From contig OZ004613.1 in assembly GCA_963924565.1 (NCBI GenBank), positions 27,094,001-27,158,000 of the forward strand: 64,000 bases of DNA, read 5' to 3'. Origin of the DNA: Ascidiella aspersa. Taxonomy: Eukaryota. Below, piece by piece: positions 23,051 through 37,530 of the stretch (the first letter of the stretch is position 1; each line of letters begins with the position of its first letter). The notes under the pieces are model-generated. The model worked only from the letters and a program-made list of their open reading frames with translations. It searched no databases and was not told the origin of the DNA. The position numbers and the translations under genes were made by a program.

Positions 23051-24891
23051 AAGAAGTGTTTTCATCAAGCATTCTTTTATAACATTCAATTATTTATCTT
23101 AGGTTTTGCAAATATAACAATATGCTTGCTTACATCATTTCAAAATGACTTGTTTACAACACTGCCGAGAAGCCGGCAGCAGCGCCGCGAATTTAAAGCC
23201 ATTTTTTTCTGCCTCGCTACAACCGCCCCCTTTGTCCGCGTTTCGAGCACACTTATATTGTGGGCATTTACGTCGCTCCTTAGCCGTCGAGAGCGACCTT
23301 TTTTGAGGAAAACCCGATTTGACATTTGTCAAATGTGACCCGCGGCGGGGCGTTAAACATGCCGCATTGATTCGAGTCAGTCACTGATATTTAGTGATTT
23401 TCTGTTTGACATTCGGTACGATTACGCCCAATAGCGCTGTAACAGTGTATTTTAATTTCCGAAGCCTATATTTTGCGTTAAAAAAGCCTGTAGCTGTTTT
23501 TCTTCCAAAGTCGTATAGAGCTATTTTAGCAAGCGTAATCACACCTTTTAGACCACATTAAAAGAAATCAGTGACATTTTTAAACGTATAATAGGCTATA
23601 TATATAACCCAGTCAGCAAGACACACAGAAAACACACTTTAACACTTTGAACACAATTGGCCATTAAAATATAAAACTATTTGGCTTTTTGACGCATAAA
23701 AGCAACCTGGCGGCGCCTGAAGATTTGACCCCACAACAAACCTATATCCAGGTCCTATTTACTCGCGTATAACTTTCAAACCTTGCCACCTACTTTCACA
23801 CGGCTAACTGTTTAGCCCGATGCTGTTTTTTACCACCGATACGCCTAAGTGTCAATTATACGCCCGTTATAGCCCTGTTCTTTATCCACAAAAAAGAGAG
23901 GGATATCGACATTTTTTCGTGATACTGACGATTTACGTTTTGGCGTTTTGGGCGTAATAAAAATTGAATCAATGTAATTTTAGATCACAAAAAATATACC
24001 TGTATTTGACTAAGAGTCACAATCTATACGACAAGCCGTAAGTGTAACTTAACCCTAATCATTCGCCAGTCCCGCTTAATTTAAAAATGACAGTTTTTTA
24101 GATTGCCATATACCAAATAAACCGAACAATGTGTCCACATTTTGTTAGCTTGCGTCTTGTGGACTACAGACAAAAACGGCACAAGAAATCAGATTGTATT
24201 GAAAATGAATAAAGAGTTCGTTTCAAAATGACACCAACTTCTGTATGGGCTTTGATATTCTTAATAAGTCTTACTACAACCTCCGACCATCATGCTACAA
24301 AACCGAAATCCCTCGATAATAAAAAACTAGACTAGAAATACCGTTTTAGTTTAAATCCAACCAAAAAAGTCATCCCGGACAAAACGCACTTCGCAAACAA
24401 AAAACATAACCCAAATGCCGCGCTGTTCTAGCACGTCGGTGATATTTGGCGCACGGGGTGCCGCACAAAGGGTCAGCAGGTCCACTATTTGACCGGCTGA
24501 CCGGCTGGCCGTTGCGCAGAAAACCGGGTCTCGGAACTAGCGCTTGGGTTTGAAACGGACGTTTTAGCGTCCCGGTCGCACTCACGTGTGATTGGAATCG
24601 GAGCCGGGCGCTAAAAGCTATTTTTTTTTTCGGAGCCGCGTGTCCTCACGACGAACTACCAATTATGGCAATGCTGCATAGGGTCGTGGTTAGAGTTGAA
24701 CAGGCAGGCCCAAAGCTGAACAAAAATAGGCTCTTCCACACAACATAATTTAATCATTCTCGGCATTTTCCCAAATGATCCAAGTTTTCGATTGCCTTTT
24801 ATCATGTGGCAACTAAATTCGATAGATTTTAAACTGCACTAAAATATTTGGTGAAAATTTGGGTTTCGATTGTAAGAAAGCTTGTTTTTAC

Positions 24892-24961
24892 TCGTACTAC
24901 TGGTAACGTTTTTAAGTCGTACTAATGGTAACGTTTTTAAGTCGTACTAATGGTAACGTTT
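24892..24961. repeat. 25-bp tandem repeat, about 3 copies
   Basis: TCGTACTAATGGTAACGTTTTTAAG repeated nearly perfectly. Confidence 0.9.
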
Positions 24962-27900
24962 GTACCAAATAGGTTCCTGGACACAACAGGAATTAATGAA
25001 CTCAGCATTTTTCCATTTTTCAAATTCAGTTTATCCTGTGGAGACCTGATGAAGCACGGTTGTGTGTAAGCTTGTCAAGATTCCAATACAATTATTCTTT
25101 ATATAGTAGATTGTGCGGTATTTTTCTCTATAATTATTTTTACAGTACCAACACGGCACTATTATCGTGCGATACGGGTAATATTTTTATTTTTAAGTAA
25201 ATTCACACAAATATTTTCCTGGGGTAGCTGCTGCCCTCAAAAGTTGGACGAAGAAGACCAAAATTTTCTAGCGCGTTTCTTGTCAAGAGTGCATTAATAT
25301 TGGAACTAAATTAGATAGATTTTAAACTGCAGATACAACTTGTTGTTGTGTAACTCATGGGAGTGCCAGCCATCTAACGTCGATTTTCGCAGTTCGCACA
25401 AAAAACATCTTATCTAGGGCCAACCCTTTTGTACTTCAATATTTCCCCGGGCGCAAATCATAAACAGGTCGCGGCGAATTCACCGGAATAACAACAGTGG
25501 CCAAGTCGTAAGCGAACCAATCATAACACCGTCAGCGTTCGCGCCAAATCTTCCCGCGCCCGCCTGCAAGCGTCGTCATGGTTACCACGTGTGTGGCAAC
25601 CTTGAAATAACATCCCCGGGTCTGGAAGGGATCTGCCGTAAGCTGACGTTTTAATTCCGCGACGGCCATCCTGCGAATTTCAGCGCCCCTCCCAAGAAAA
25701 TGTGCCTTTACGGTTGCTGGCGCAATAATTGAAGTAAAACCTTATAAAAAGTTCTCGAAAAGTCGTTGTGAGGAAAAACACATTTTTGCAGGCAGCCATA
25801 ATAGAGTTTCTGATTATGAGTAGATGTTTTTTTTAATCTATCTCAATTTAACTTTTACCCCTAGTATACAAAATTACGTGCTTTTCTAAACGTGTTTAGA
25901 TTTGGTTTTCACCCCTATATATAAACCCAGTTACCACTATTAACCCAACGATTTGTTTAAACAGCAAGTGAACAGTGAAAAAGTGTTTTGTTTTTATCAA
26001 TTTCAGGACCCATCGTAAAGAACTTTTTTACTTTTCAAAGTAAACTCTGTTTCAGTTTTTTGCCACTCTTTACATTCTTCAAAACGGTTTTTTTTCGCGA
26101 CGATTTCAAGCCACGCCGGTACAAAATACTGGGCCCCAAAATATAGGTGCTTCGAAAAATCGCTGCAAAAAATAAGTGCCAGTTGTTTGTTTTTCTAACT
26201 AAGCATTTACGGTTGTAATGCGTACAGTTCATAATAATATTACTAATGTTAATCTTTGCAAAATAAAGAAGTTCATTACCATCGAATCGGAGCCTAGTTA
26301 TGACAGCGGATAGTATGTGGCCCCCGAAGCTAGGTGCTTTAAAAAATGGCCACACAAACTGCCAAGGGCCCGTGCCCTTTAATACAACATCCTCCGAAAA
26401 GTCAAGCTTCCACTTTCACGGCCGTCACAGGTCCCTGCCTTTCAATGGCTGGCCACGAGCGTAGGGAGAAGCCAGAAATCAGGTTCGACGCGGAATGCCA
26501 CAGTAGTTTCTATCGTTTTCCGGTGTCTCGCCTCGATTGTTATGACGCCAGAAAAAACGCCGTATCACCGCTCGGCCACAGTGTTAGAAAAGGTAGTTTG
26601 AAATCGTGGCCGATTCGAACTTTACTTATGACCCTTTTTTCAAGGACAACTGGCATTTTCGTACTGGGCCTGTTAAAATTACATAAATAAAGGGTTGGGA
26701 AATTGATGATGGGTTGATTTTAAAGCGCCTATATGTAAATTGCTTTACATAAGGAGACAAAAGTCAGCATTTACGAAATGAAGCCTGGCGCTAAATTGCC
26801 CTTTATTCTTCACCCGGAAGGCGCTATAGCATATTTGGCAAAAAAAAAACAATATAAAAAATCCAAAACAGCAAAAACAGTTACGAACGGTAGAACAACA
26901 CACCGTGGAAGCCGTGCGTTTTGTGCAGAATGTCTAGCATCGCCATTGGAATAAACGACAAGCATCGTAAACTATTTTTTCTTATTACAAAGCTTAGTTG
27001 CAATTGTTTACTATTTGCTGAAAAAGTAACCTCCATTGGAGAACATAGCTGCGTTAAATCGCAAATCATGGCCGTTGTACGATTAAAAGTTATGCTGTGG
27101 TTGACCTTAAGTGACCCTAAGCGTACTTAGATAGAGGCCAATGTGTATGATGCAATGTTATACATTGAAAAAATGCATTTAAGTAGATATTTGCGCTTGG
27201 CCAACACAAGTATCCTAAAAGCCACAGGTTTTGGCTCCGATCCAATACATTTGGACACTCCTATCCATAAACCACACAATACCACGCGTCAAAAAACGTA
27301 CCCACTACAAAGCTACTACGCGCTCACAGCAGGCGACTTTAAAAGAGGGCTATACTATAGGACACGCAAAGCACGCACGGCTCCGCTATTTATTCGCAGT
27401 GCACCTGGCGCGTTTAACGCGGAGGCGGGCATCAATGGGCCGGCCAACTCACCGGAATGGAATTTAATATCGCCTCGGCTTGTGACCGAAAAGGGAATGG
27501 TTGCCTATATAGGGCTCCCCCATATTGAAGGCCAGTTCCGTTCACGATTGTTCCGATGTGCTTTTTGGGGGGTAGGGGCAAGTTTATGGGACCGTGGGGC
27601 CGGCACGCTGTGTATACCGTTCAGGGGCGCAGATGGGTGACGGGTACCCCATAGTGGGGGTTAGGGGGGGGGGTGGATTTAAGCGACCAATATGCTTACT
27701 GACCATTAGGGCGAATTGGGAAGTTAAAATTACACCTGGTAGAAGCTTATCTTTATTTAACATGTTTATATTAGTAAACTGTTGGACTTGAATGCATAAT
27801 TAAACTTTTGCCTTAAACTATGCGGGATCCTTGTTTATATTTAAGCCACATAAATACAAGATCCTGCCTCTGATATTTAAAGCATCGCAGTTCCAGCAAC

Positions 27901-30900
27901 TTCCGCGCGTTCTGCTACAAACAGCGTTAATCCCAACCAACAACAAAAAAGCGACCAAAAACGTAAAAGTAAAGCCGCCGAAATCAAACGCGCCTTTCAC
28001 TCGCCAGCCGACACGCCGGATTCCATGGGCGCAATTCCCGGCAAACGACTCCACCTTTGCCGCCGAGTTATTTCCTGCGCCCGGGGTCCCAGTCGCTGTC
28101 GCACGCGTCGCAGCAAAACCTATTATTGTTGTTGTTCGGAGCGGCACGAGCGTTACGCGCGGAAATGCGGCAAACTCCTATAGGCTTCAAAGGAAAACAG
28201 GAGACTGTTTTTAAACGCTCGCTGCACAAAAGATGCTTGAACTGTATAGTGTCAGGAATTCTAACGCTCGATTGCGATTGAGAGATACAAGAATTCCTTT
28301 ATTTCTACGGTCAGAATCCCACTGAAGGCAGTTGTTTTGCGAACGGAAACACTCGAATTCAAACTCCACTGCGTTTCCCCTTAAAACAAAATGTCGCGTA
28401 TCTTCAAACAAAGACAGCACCCTATATACTATAGCGAAAGCAAACCGTAAGAGGTTTATAATCGCCGAAATCCCCCCAAAAAAGTGACAGTTACAGCAAT
28501 TTCAACGTCATTGAATGTTTGTGTGACGCAAACCATCGCAAAATTTAATTTCCTTGCGTTTTACTCTAAACAAACTACGTCCATCATCGCCGAATTTTCA
28601 ACATATATAATACATCCTTTCAAATCCAATTGAACGACAAAACCCAGTATTCTGAGTCTGACCGACGATATATCGGCGCCCGTGTATCATCGCCATACAG
28701 TCGCCGCAATTTTGACCTTCCCTCTTTTGTCGGCCGCCTGTTGTTGTTACCCCACGCCACTGTTGTGAGAGCCAGCGTCGGCCAGGCAGGGGCAAATAAC
28801 ACTCTTTTCTGGCCCGCGCTGCCCCTAGGCTAGCGTCCGCCGCTCTTCGGGGCCTTAATTGATATCTGCAAAATCCACTTATTTTTACTGACTAATCCGG
28901 CGGCCAGCGGCGCGGCCAACGCTAATTTTCCTGTTGGTTTAAGGGCGAATAGTTTAAATAAGTGCGAAGCGGCGCGCTTTGCCGGAAAACAAGACGTTGT
29001 TTTGAAGCTGCTCGTTATTTTGTAGGCTTGTGGCTTGCGGCCCAATCCCCGCCGATTAGCGTTGCTTAAAAGCTACCGGGCTAATAGGAAATATCGCTGT
29101 CGAAATGCCGTCAAAACGCCGACAGACCGTTTGCGCCGTGACGGCTTCGTAGTTTGACGTTGAGATAAAATTGGCGTGCTGTTCCTACCGCGGTTTTACT
29201 TGGAGAATCAACTGACAACTAAGTCGGTGTTCTCTGCAATTTACAAATCGTTAGTTTTATAGCGAAGCAATTTCAATTTATCGGTTGTAATGTTCATAAT
29301 AATATTAATAATGTCAATTTTACAAATCAAAAGTAGAAAAGTCCAAAAATATCGAATCGAAGCCGATTCCGGGTGAATTACTCTTTATCTTATATTAGGG
29401 TTATATCTGTGCCAAATGGATCCCAGATATAAAGTTGGCTTTCTAGCAGGACGATACATACAACACAACGTTTTCTGCTAGGAAAACAATTCCCGAAAAT
29501 TCTGTGTTAACATCTTAAGATAACTTAATTTTTAAACACCAAAGCAACATACGGAGCTGAAACATAAGTAACACAACCTATCGTTCAACTTAACCTAACT
29601 TGTCTACCTAAATAACAGGCATCGGTGCTGAAATACAATACTAAATATTATACAGGCCTTTACGCTGACTTCGTAATCTGTCATTCGACATGGAAAATTA
29701 TCGCTTGAACGCAGCTAACTGCAAGTTCACTTTACGACCTACAAACATTGTTCTGATGCGCTTGGTGGCCTTGGTTATGACTCGAGACCAAAAAAACTCG
29801 AATCCGAAACGAATTTCTCCGGCCTCTTAGTTCACTGCGCGCGCGGCCCTTCTATTTGCATTACGATTCGCGATGTTGCCCGGCTTTTGTGAACAGTCGG
29901 GGGCAGACACCGCAATGCTCGCGCTACTTGGCATTTCGTCAATGTTTACCGAGCCTATGGCTGTAGCACAACACCGCGGCCCCATTCAATATGCACTGAT
30001 CTGTGAAGGCAAGAAATCAGTTGCTCGCGCTATAGTTTGGCGGTTAGCGTTGACACATTAGGCTGGCACGGGCCGACGATTGCTCAAAAGGCGGGGTATA
30101 TGTTTCCCTGTCGTGCGCCGTCGGGACAACTTGGAGGGTTAAGTTTCGCGACGTACCCTAAGGTGGAATTTAAGGGTCAAGTTTAAAAAAAAAACTGGCC
30201 TAGCAAAATATTGTATGGGGCTGGGTTAGAAAAGATCTGTATGGGTCTCCCTGCCTGAAAGATTTTTATTGGTCTTTGCTTTTCAATGCTAGGCGATGGG
30301 TTAGGAAAGATTCGAAAATCAAACTCCATAAAGAATCACTGAATATTTGAAATCGTAAACTGGGGGGAATTTATGATTTTACTTTAAATTACAACGTTTC
30401 TTGTGCTTTTAAATTTAAGCTTGCCTTTTTGTCCTTTTAGTTCTGCCATATCCTCTTGGTTTGCTCAGTAAAAGTCTGGTTTTACATTTACAATCGATAA
30501 AGATAGATTGCCAATTTTAAAGCGAAAGAAGCAGATATAAGGAAACTTACGATTTCACCTAGATTTACAGCGTTTATTTTGCGTTTGCATTATGCGCCTG
30601 CTTTTCAACCCTTTGAATCTGCTTTACTCGTTCGATTTGTTCACCAAACAGCGAATTCAAAAATTTAAATCGATAAAGAATGACTCCAGATCTAAAATAA
30701 CTGGGGCATTTCAAAGCAGAAAATTCACCACTGAGAATACCTTGAAGAGACGACTTCACTTTCAACTGTACTAACGGGAAATCTTAATTTTACTCCCAAA
30801 ATCTCCTCGACTCATTCGAGAATCGTGCATCACTTTCACATCTTCGAATCCGTAACTTTGCAAAAAAAAAATAGCGGGAAAAAAACACTTCACACACTTG

Positions 30901-32660
30901 TCTTTTCGCACCCGACCGATCAGCGTCCGGCCTTCTGCCTTCCTCGAAATAACTCGGCCTTTGAAGCAGCGCGCGAAAGCGAGAATTTGCGCGTTGATGT
31001 ATGGGCCGTAACGGCCAGTCGTGTCTCCGGCCACCTTCGCTAACCTTTTCGGCGACTTATTAACGTCCAGTCGAGATCGCGGGTCTTAGCTCCCGTGTTG
31101 GCCGAACGTGACTTGCGACCATTCTAGGCTCTGGTACGCGGACGAGATTTGAACCGGACCGTTGTCGGCGGCTCCGCTGTGATTTGGCTCGTTGCCAGGG
31201 GGAGGTTGGGGTTACGCCCGCGGACAGACACGAAATGGGGGAGGGGGCGGTTGACCCAAGCAGTCCACCACGACAAACAGGGATCTATCATTAAAAAAGG
31301 TAAAGTTACCTCATTAAAATGACTCGTTGAATATTAGCGCCGCCATAGCATTTTAAATGATGCATTCCTCTGTTACGTCACAACGCAAACGGAGTTGTAC
31401 AGCTTTTAATCCGTTATGTTTGATCTCTAGACTAGATCACACGTGTTTTTCAAATGATGCACTCCTTATTACGTAAGAATACAATCGGTATAGTAAACTT
31501 TTTTTTTTTGCGGATAAACAGTCTTCTCGATCGCAGCAAAGCACAATGTGCAATTGTGCATTTTAAAGGATGCATTTATTTATTACGTCACACAGCAGCG
31601 ATAGGATTTACTTGGGAAATGCTTGATAATCACTAAACAAAAGCGATGTTTTTACTCGACCCGTGGCCTGACGTGCACTTAAAGCGTTGTGGTGGTTTTA
31701 TTGTTTCCTAGACAAGCAAATTAGCGCCGGGTGTTGTTTCTGAGTTAAACACCTCGGTGCAAACCCTATCGGCTTATCTCAACAATAATCCCAAACCTAA
31801 ACAGTTGATTCGCAAGTTCGCTACTAATCCACACCGCACCTGCCTGTTTAAATGCCCCCGTAACCCCAGCCATCCTATTTGTCTTTGAAAACATACATAG
31901 GCACGAAAACTTAAATTTAAAAAGGGTAACCTCTTGTGCGGTTGCTATGTCTTGTTTCTACTAACAAAGCTTCTTCGGTGCTTTCTTCGCTTTAATATCT
32001 GTCTGCGCACAAGCTCATAAACCCGACCAGACGTTAAGTCAAGCTCTAGGTATTTTTGTCAATTTCGGTGGAAAAAAGTGACAAAAATACCAAACTGACT
32101 GCAGTACTTTACGTGCAATTAATATTATTTCGTTGAAAAAAGCGGAAAAAAGGCACTGAACTGTTGTAGTGTTTTTGTTTTAATTGTCGTATTACACGAA
32201 ATAAATAACTGCCCGGAGTATGTTACCTAGTACGTCAAAATCCATGGTCTGTATCATTCAACTGATACCCTAGGTTTCGCAGCAGAACTATAAGCGCGTA
32301 GAACGGCAAAACACCACACCTGTAGACTCGATTGCCCTTATGTCACCACAGACCAACTTGTATACGACCGCCTCAAACTTGAAGCAAAAACCGCGGCTGG
32401 ATAAGCAGCCTTGTGTGTAAACTCGTCTCAAACCTGGCAAAAGTTATGAACCTCAGGTAAAAACTAAGACCAATACGAGCCTCAACCCAGCTACATAGGC
32501 TCGACGCCATCGTAAGCCTTGCTAGCAAGTCTGTGTTGACACCATATCCAGCAGGTCACGTCTACCTCGCTGCGGCGGGCCCAACAATCGACCAAACAAT
32601 CGCAGTCGCGTTTTTCGCTCGTCGATTGTTAAAAATTCGCGCGCTTCAGCTACTACTGGC

Positions 32661-33051
32661 CAGACTTGGACAACAGGATAATTCTAGTTTTCTAATTCCA
32701 ATCTAGTTTGTGAATTGGTGGTGTGCTATAATTCTAATTCTAGTAATTCGGATTTCACCAAAAATGCTAATTTGTCCAACGGCATTTTTAGTCTCTCGGC
32801 CAAATCAAATAATTTGAGCTATGCTAAAAGACATAAAAAGTAACATAAAAAAAAAGAAATAAAAAGTTGAAATCTAGTTCAAATTCCAGTTGAAATTCGT
32901 TGTTTTAAGAATTCGGTAATTCTAAATCTAATTTACGAAAACTAAAATGACCTAAGTCTAATTCTAATCTAATTTGGAAAAAATAAAACACTTCAATTTT
33001 AGTTCTAATCTAATTTTTAAAAGCTAAAATAAATCTAGTTGTCCAAGTCTG
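32661..33051. mobile_element. Young hAT-type MITE, 391 bp, with a perfect 8-bp TSD
   Basis: 14-bp perfect TIR CAGACTTGGACAAC / GTTGTCCAAGTCTG; TSD CTACTGGC at 32653-32660 and 33052-33059; internal TTCTA(A/G)T repeats. Confidence 0.92.
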
Positions 33052-36000
33052 CTACTGGCTGCTGATGCTGCGTTGGTCGGGCACTCGAACCCGGTGGAAA
33101 TCGAAACCGGGAACTTGACTTGAAAGGTGAAAAGGCGAAGGTCGGGGTTGCACTATAGCTGTCGTCTGGTCACACCTGACATCTATCAGGGAGCATAAGC
33201 ACAAACAGAGATCCCTGGTCGACCCCGAGGCTTGGCCTTGCTGTTGTCGGTAGTTATGTACGCAAACACAGCTGGGTATATATTTATGGAGAATTGGCCC
33301 CGCTATGGCGATCTATGACAATCGCTATTCTGAACGCTAAAGCGGTTATGGTTTATCACATAGGCATCCATTCTCTGCATAAGTAACTTAATCGATGGAT
33401 AGTGAACATTCTTTCATACAAACTTTTACTCTCTGAGTAACGCGTCTAAATTTTCAAATACTAAAGCTTTGAGCACTGTTCAGTAATAAGAAGTGTAACT
33501 TTTCACAGTTATTGGGTTGTCAGAAAAGTTGACAACTTATAATTTATAGGATGGAAAGTGCGCATTCAAGTCACTTATACTTAGTTAACTGTAATATCCG
33601 AAAAAGTTCCACGGCACTCGTGAAAATCTCTCGAGGCACATTATCATGCCGCGGTAGACCGTTTGATCACGGGTTTTGCAGCACACACCAGCTGACCTCT
33701 TAATCGACTTGCGCAGTTACTGTGGATGGTCGCGAACTTATTTGACGGCGAGTGCAATTTCGTAAAAGCGATCTCTCGAATAGTCAGTCGCCCCCCATGT
33801 AGCGCTGTTATTAAAAAGTGTATAGTGTCTGGCCTCCACTTAAGACCAGGGGTGGAAATGCCCCGCCTGGCATCCGCTATTGACGTTTTCTCTACTTAAC
33901 GCTCTGTCAGTTGCTGTCCTTTCTATTCTTTATGAAAACTCCACTCTCGTACCGGGGGTAAAATGTCCGAAAGAATGAGCTTACAACTCTTCCTCTATCT
34001 CTGCGATGCATTAACAGTAACCAAAATAACTGGAATACGTCTAAGCACAGATATTTAACTCAACTAAGAGAAAATCTTTCCTCTTTAATAGTGCTAAAAC
34101 AGACGTGTTTTGAACCCGAAAATTCAAGTTTGAATTTATCTATACAACCTGCCTGATTATCCAGCACATAACCACCACGCAAACCTATATCTCAAACGCC
34201 CTGCTGACAGCTACAATATGACTGCGTCCTCGGTATACACACCCGAGCGGGCGGCTCAGACGGCCGATACATTTGCTCGGTTGCTCACTCGGTTAAAGAA
34301 TCCGCTGCTTAATTAGCCCGCGGCGTGCTTAGCCCGGCTGAGCTCTAGCACAAAACAAGAACGACGCCGTACCGAACGGCCATGGGACATTCTGGAGAGT
34401 GTTCGAAAACGCTCGATTACTGTAAAAGGTAAAAGTGTAGCGAACGAACGGTTGTGTGTGTCTTTACCCGCTACCCGCTACAAACTTTAACCGCTACGTT
34501 TTGAGATTGCGAGGTATTTCTGCCCTAAATTACAGGCGATTTTAGAATCGAGCCGACTTTACATCATTTTAAGCCGATTTTGTTAGCTGTTAGGTCAACT
34601 GAATCAAAAAGTTACGAATTTACACAACTTTTTCTCGGCTGGAAACAGTCAAACGGCCTTTCAGCGTCTTTGGGAGTTATTGACCACTTCCAGTTTGTAT
34701 TGCACGACACACGCGCTGAGCCTTTTGCGCTTTTCCTAAGCCGCGCAAAGCCAAGATTAGGCGACCCCGGCGAAGTAAAATAGCGCACTTCCTCGACGCG
34801 ACGATTTCTTAACACGGGCGTTTATCGTGCTTTGCGATCTGACGCGTCGCAGGTGCGATTCCGCGCACCCAATATTTCCCCCCGGTGCCCCCCTAAATCG
34901 CGCGAGCGCAGCTGCCGCGTCATAATATGTCATTGTTCGCATCGCGGAGCCGTCGAATATCGCGGCTTTAAGGACCGACGCTCGAGTTGCGCGAAACCCC
35001 TCTTTTCGGACGCCAATCATACGCTCGGCCTTCGACACACGCACGCGACATTCGACCCCAAGAATGGCGCGCGTTTTCTGCCGGAATCTGCGCTTCGAAT
35101 TCCCGCCGAATTTTCTTCGGGTTCCCGGGCTTGAAAATCCGTTGAAAACGCGGCGTGCAAGATTGTGCGTGACGGCTTTTTGCGAGTAAGATAAGCATCT
35201 TGAACAAGCGCGGATCTGTGACCGGTCTCTGAACGCGGGCGCTTTGCCTTATCGCTGCAATCTCCGCTTCAGTCCTTGGCTTGGGCGCGCGGGCCAGCGT
35301 TGTAAAAGTTCAATGGCGAGGCGAGAGCCTTTTGTGCCGCTTCCCGTCCTATTTGCCCCGGTTTTGTTTGGGCCTGTCACCGCACAGGTTAATATTTCAC
35401 GAGATCTAACACGCACGCAACCTTGGAAGTCGTGGGGCCTTTTGCTTTGCCGGAAAGCTGCCTACTACCCCTGGTCACGACCTTTTGTTTATAGAACGGG
35501 GCTGGGTCCGACAGAATACGGCGATCGAACCGATTACTGGGTCTCGACTTTTTTTGGCTGGCCCGCCAACACACACAAGGCCCCACACCGCGAAAAACGC
35601 GCGTTTTTGTTCTCGCAAAATTGCAAACTGGGCACTTTTTATACATTGTAGTGGCCGGCAAAAAAACAGCGGGACTTTCAAGCCTAAAATTCGCATAGAT
35701 ATAACTCAACTTTCTGCTATCCGGTATTATACAAGTTATAAAGACTTAAAATGTCGAATTTATCTTCTTGATCTGCATGTTGTTCTTTGTTTTAAAGGTA
35801 AACTGTACAATAGCTCATGTCACATCGTAACATAAACGTATGTCACATCGTAACATAAACTTATTGAATAAAAATAAAAGAATCCTTCCCAAACTCGTTT
35901 AGACAAGAAATCAGGACTAGAGTGCAAGGCATAATATTCTACTCTTAACCAAATGCTAAACTGTTCCATAATTTCCCTTTAACAGAATGTAAAACAGGCA

Positions 36001-37387
36001 CAAGGTTAAAAGCCTTCAATGGGCTATCCTTGACTAACAAACTTGTAGTCTACACCTGTTAAGCTTATCAATACTCGCACCAGTTTAATCCAGCCAACCT
36101 GTTCATTTCTCTCCGCCACCCTAGCACCGTTCCGCGCCCTAACCACTACCCTCGATAGAATAAACGCCTTGCCCCTTTCTGGCAACAATAAGAAGAGGGA
36201 GAAAAACCCTCGACATTCGACTAATCAGCCTAGCGCCTACGACTAAAACTCCTTGGCGACGGAAAGGTACTTCACACTAAAGCAATCGTAGCTACTTGTA
36301 CAGCCCTCGAACCGTCCTTTGAATGGATTGGGAGGGCGGCGCGACAACGAAAAAGCAAAGACAACTCCTAATTTCAAAGGGCCCTCTTCCGTTTAGCTTG
36401 GAGCCTCTACTGCCGTTCTCTTGAGATTGGATCCCGGGCCATAGTTTTGATAGGACTCAACATTGTTTGCTACAGAGTGTCCTTTGGTTTTTGAATAACC
36501 TGGATTGATCGGTTCTTGTTTGGAACATATTTAATTCGACTAACCGCTATCAATGTCATGTTGGATATAGTCCGTTTTTTTCGCAACGTTAAAAAATACT
36601 TATCACGAACGCAAATATTACCTTGTAACTTGGCACAAGATGCCTTCGAAGAGGCTTACCGAAATCATTCAGCCTTCAGGATTGTAGTGCAAGCAAGGCA
36701 AGGTCAGAAAAACAGCTAGCATGTGGGAGGTTCAAACTCACGACATCCGGTCAGACTGGGACCCTCACTCTACCAACTGAGCTACACAGGCTCAGAAGGT
36801 AGCGAGTCGAGAAACAACCATAGCACCAGTGTATGCTGCATCCTGTATTTCTACAATACATCAATCGAAGGGAGTCAACAGCCCGTATTTTAGTAACTGC
36901 AACATATACACAATGTGTATTCTGTGACCAAGTCGACTCCAAAAGGGCTTGATTATATAATAGGCATTGTGTATTTGTACGTATGAGTTGTTGTAACTAT
37001 CCAGTTAAGATCTTCGTGACTTTGAGTTGTAGTAACTAGCCGGTCAAGATCTTTCGTGGGTAAAGAATAAGTCAACGATAGTTTGCGATTTTCGTCATTT
37101 TATACAGCGTTAAAACACGTCTAGTGCGAATAAGTCACTTCGACGCCGATCTGAAGACTTTATACCCTTAATGAATTTCCTTGTCACGAAACGGTGCTAC
37201 GATATTCAAAGAACCGTGAAAAGCGACGATTTCCGTATTTCGACTCTGAATTAATTTGATTCGCAAGTGTTTAAAAAACATCGCAATTGCAAAGAGCAGC
37301 GAGCTATAGAAGCTGGCAAGGTGTGTCGATCTGTCAATCATTACCCTTCCATTTCTGTGTTTTGTCTGTCAAAACATTTTAGCTTTT

Positions 37388-37530
37388 GTAGTAAGAATAT
37401 CAAAGCCCATACAGAAGTACGTATCATTTTGAACGTTTCGTAAAACTCTTTATTAATTTTCGACATACTTCTGTATGGGCTTTGCCATTTTTTCTAGGTC
37501 TTTCCACAACCCTAACCATTGTGCTACAGA
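37388..37530. mobile_element. Foldback repeat family A copy
   Basis: GTAGTAAGAATATCAAAGCCCATACAGAAGTA...TACTTCTGTATGGGCTTTG plus tail CAACCCTAACCATTGTGCTACA. Confidence 0.75.
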
